Assembly (NCBI GenBank): GCA_964646765.1 | Contig: CAZYIA010000004.1 | Span: forward strand, 13,887 to 77,886 | Source: an uncultured Candidatus Saccharibacteria bacterium | GTDB lineage: Bacteria > Patescibacteriota > Minisyncoccia > Phycocordibacterales > UBA9973 | Direction: 5' to 3' | Length of the DNA stretch: 64,000 bases | Part shown: positions 63,990 to 64,000 of the stretch, one piece after another | How the letters are laid out: each line of letters begins with the position of its first letter | How positions within the stretch are numbered: position 1 is the first letter of the stretch | Program-made: the position numbers and the translations under genes | Notes under the pieces: generated by a model | The model's database searches: none | What the model saw: only the letters and a program-made list of their open reading frames with translations | What the model was told of the DNA's origin: nothing

Positions 63990-64000
63990 CAGCTTCTGCA

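Noticed and set aside
1-64000. CRISPR arrays, tRNA or rRNA genes
   Set aside because: No spacer-repeat periodicity, cloverleaf-like conserved tRNA motifs or rRNA-like conserved stretches were seen on either strand.

Overview
This high-GC (roughly 63-66%) proteobacterial window is dominated by mobile-element content and looks like part of a conjugative plasmid or ICE. No rRNA, tRNA or CRISPR array was recognised.

(1) Coordinates 1-3800: small lipoprotein and secreted-protein genes, plus a 320-bp extremely GC-rich insert flanked by 27-bp direct repeats.

(2) Coordinates 3806-26929, all on the minus strand: a complete F/H-type (MPF_F) type IV secretion operon. The order is traA, traL, traE, traK, traB, dsbC, traV, traC, trhF-like S26 peptidase, an unknown ORF, trbI-like, traW, traU, trbC, traN, two unknown ORFs, traF, traH, traG. 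Upstream of traA sit an OmpA-like lipoprotein and a lytic transglycosylase.

(3) A divergent promoter region carries a perfect 35-bp AT-rich palindrome. It is followed on the plus strand by an ERF-family single-strand annealing protein (with a 150-bp internal direct repeat) and a TraD-like coupling protein. No relaxase is present in the window.

(4) Cargo genes: a methyl-accepting chemotaxis protein, an OprB-like porin, and a C-terminally truncated Rhs/YD-repeat protein.

(5) Coordinates 38333-46510: a tightly packed Type I restriction-modification operon, hsdM / small CxxC protein / hsdS / 419-aa coiled-coil 2TM protein / 147-aa ORF / hsdR. It contains three uncharacterised genes translationally coupled inside the operon. 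This is the most promising candidate for an undescribed defence module.

(6) Small accessory genes follow: an SMR/EamA-like transporter, an RNase H-like protein with a hybrid-binding domain, a PH-domain protein, Cys-rich miniproteins, an SDR and a RecG-like helicase.

(7) Coordinates 55286-57589: an ISL3-family IS with imperfect inverted repeats, an 8-bp target-site duplication (AAACAAAA), and three small passenger ORFs.

(8) A RepA-like replication initiator preceded by about 7 iterons (ACGCCACC, 21-bp spacing) and an AT-rich unwinding element. Next comes an RHH gene behind three GCATAC palindromic operators. Last is a stand-alone GHKL ATPase whose promoter region carries a TGGAAT/GGCTGG repeat array.

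The ORF track appears to translate GTG/TTG starts as M. Where I give refined internal starts, they were computed from the ORF ends and amino-acid indices. IS ends and palindromes were read directly from the sequence and may be off by 1-2 nt. Many long ORFs antisense to real genes are GC-bias artefacts and were rejected.
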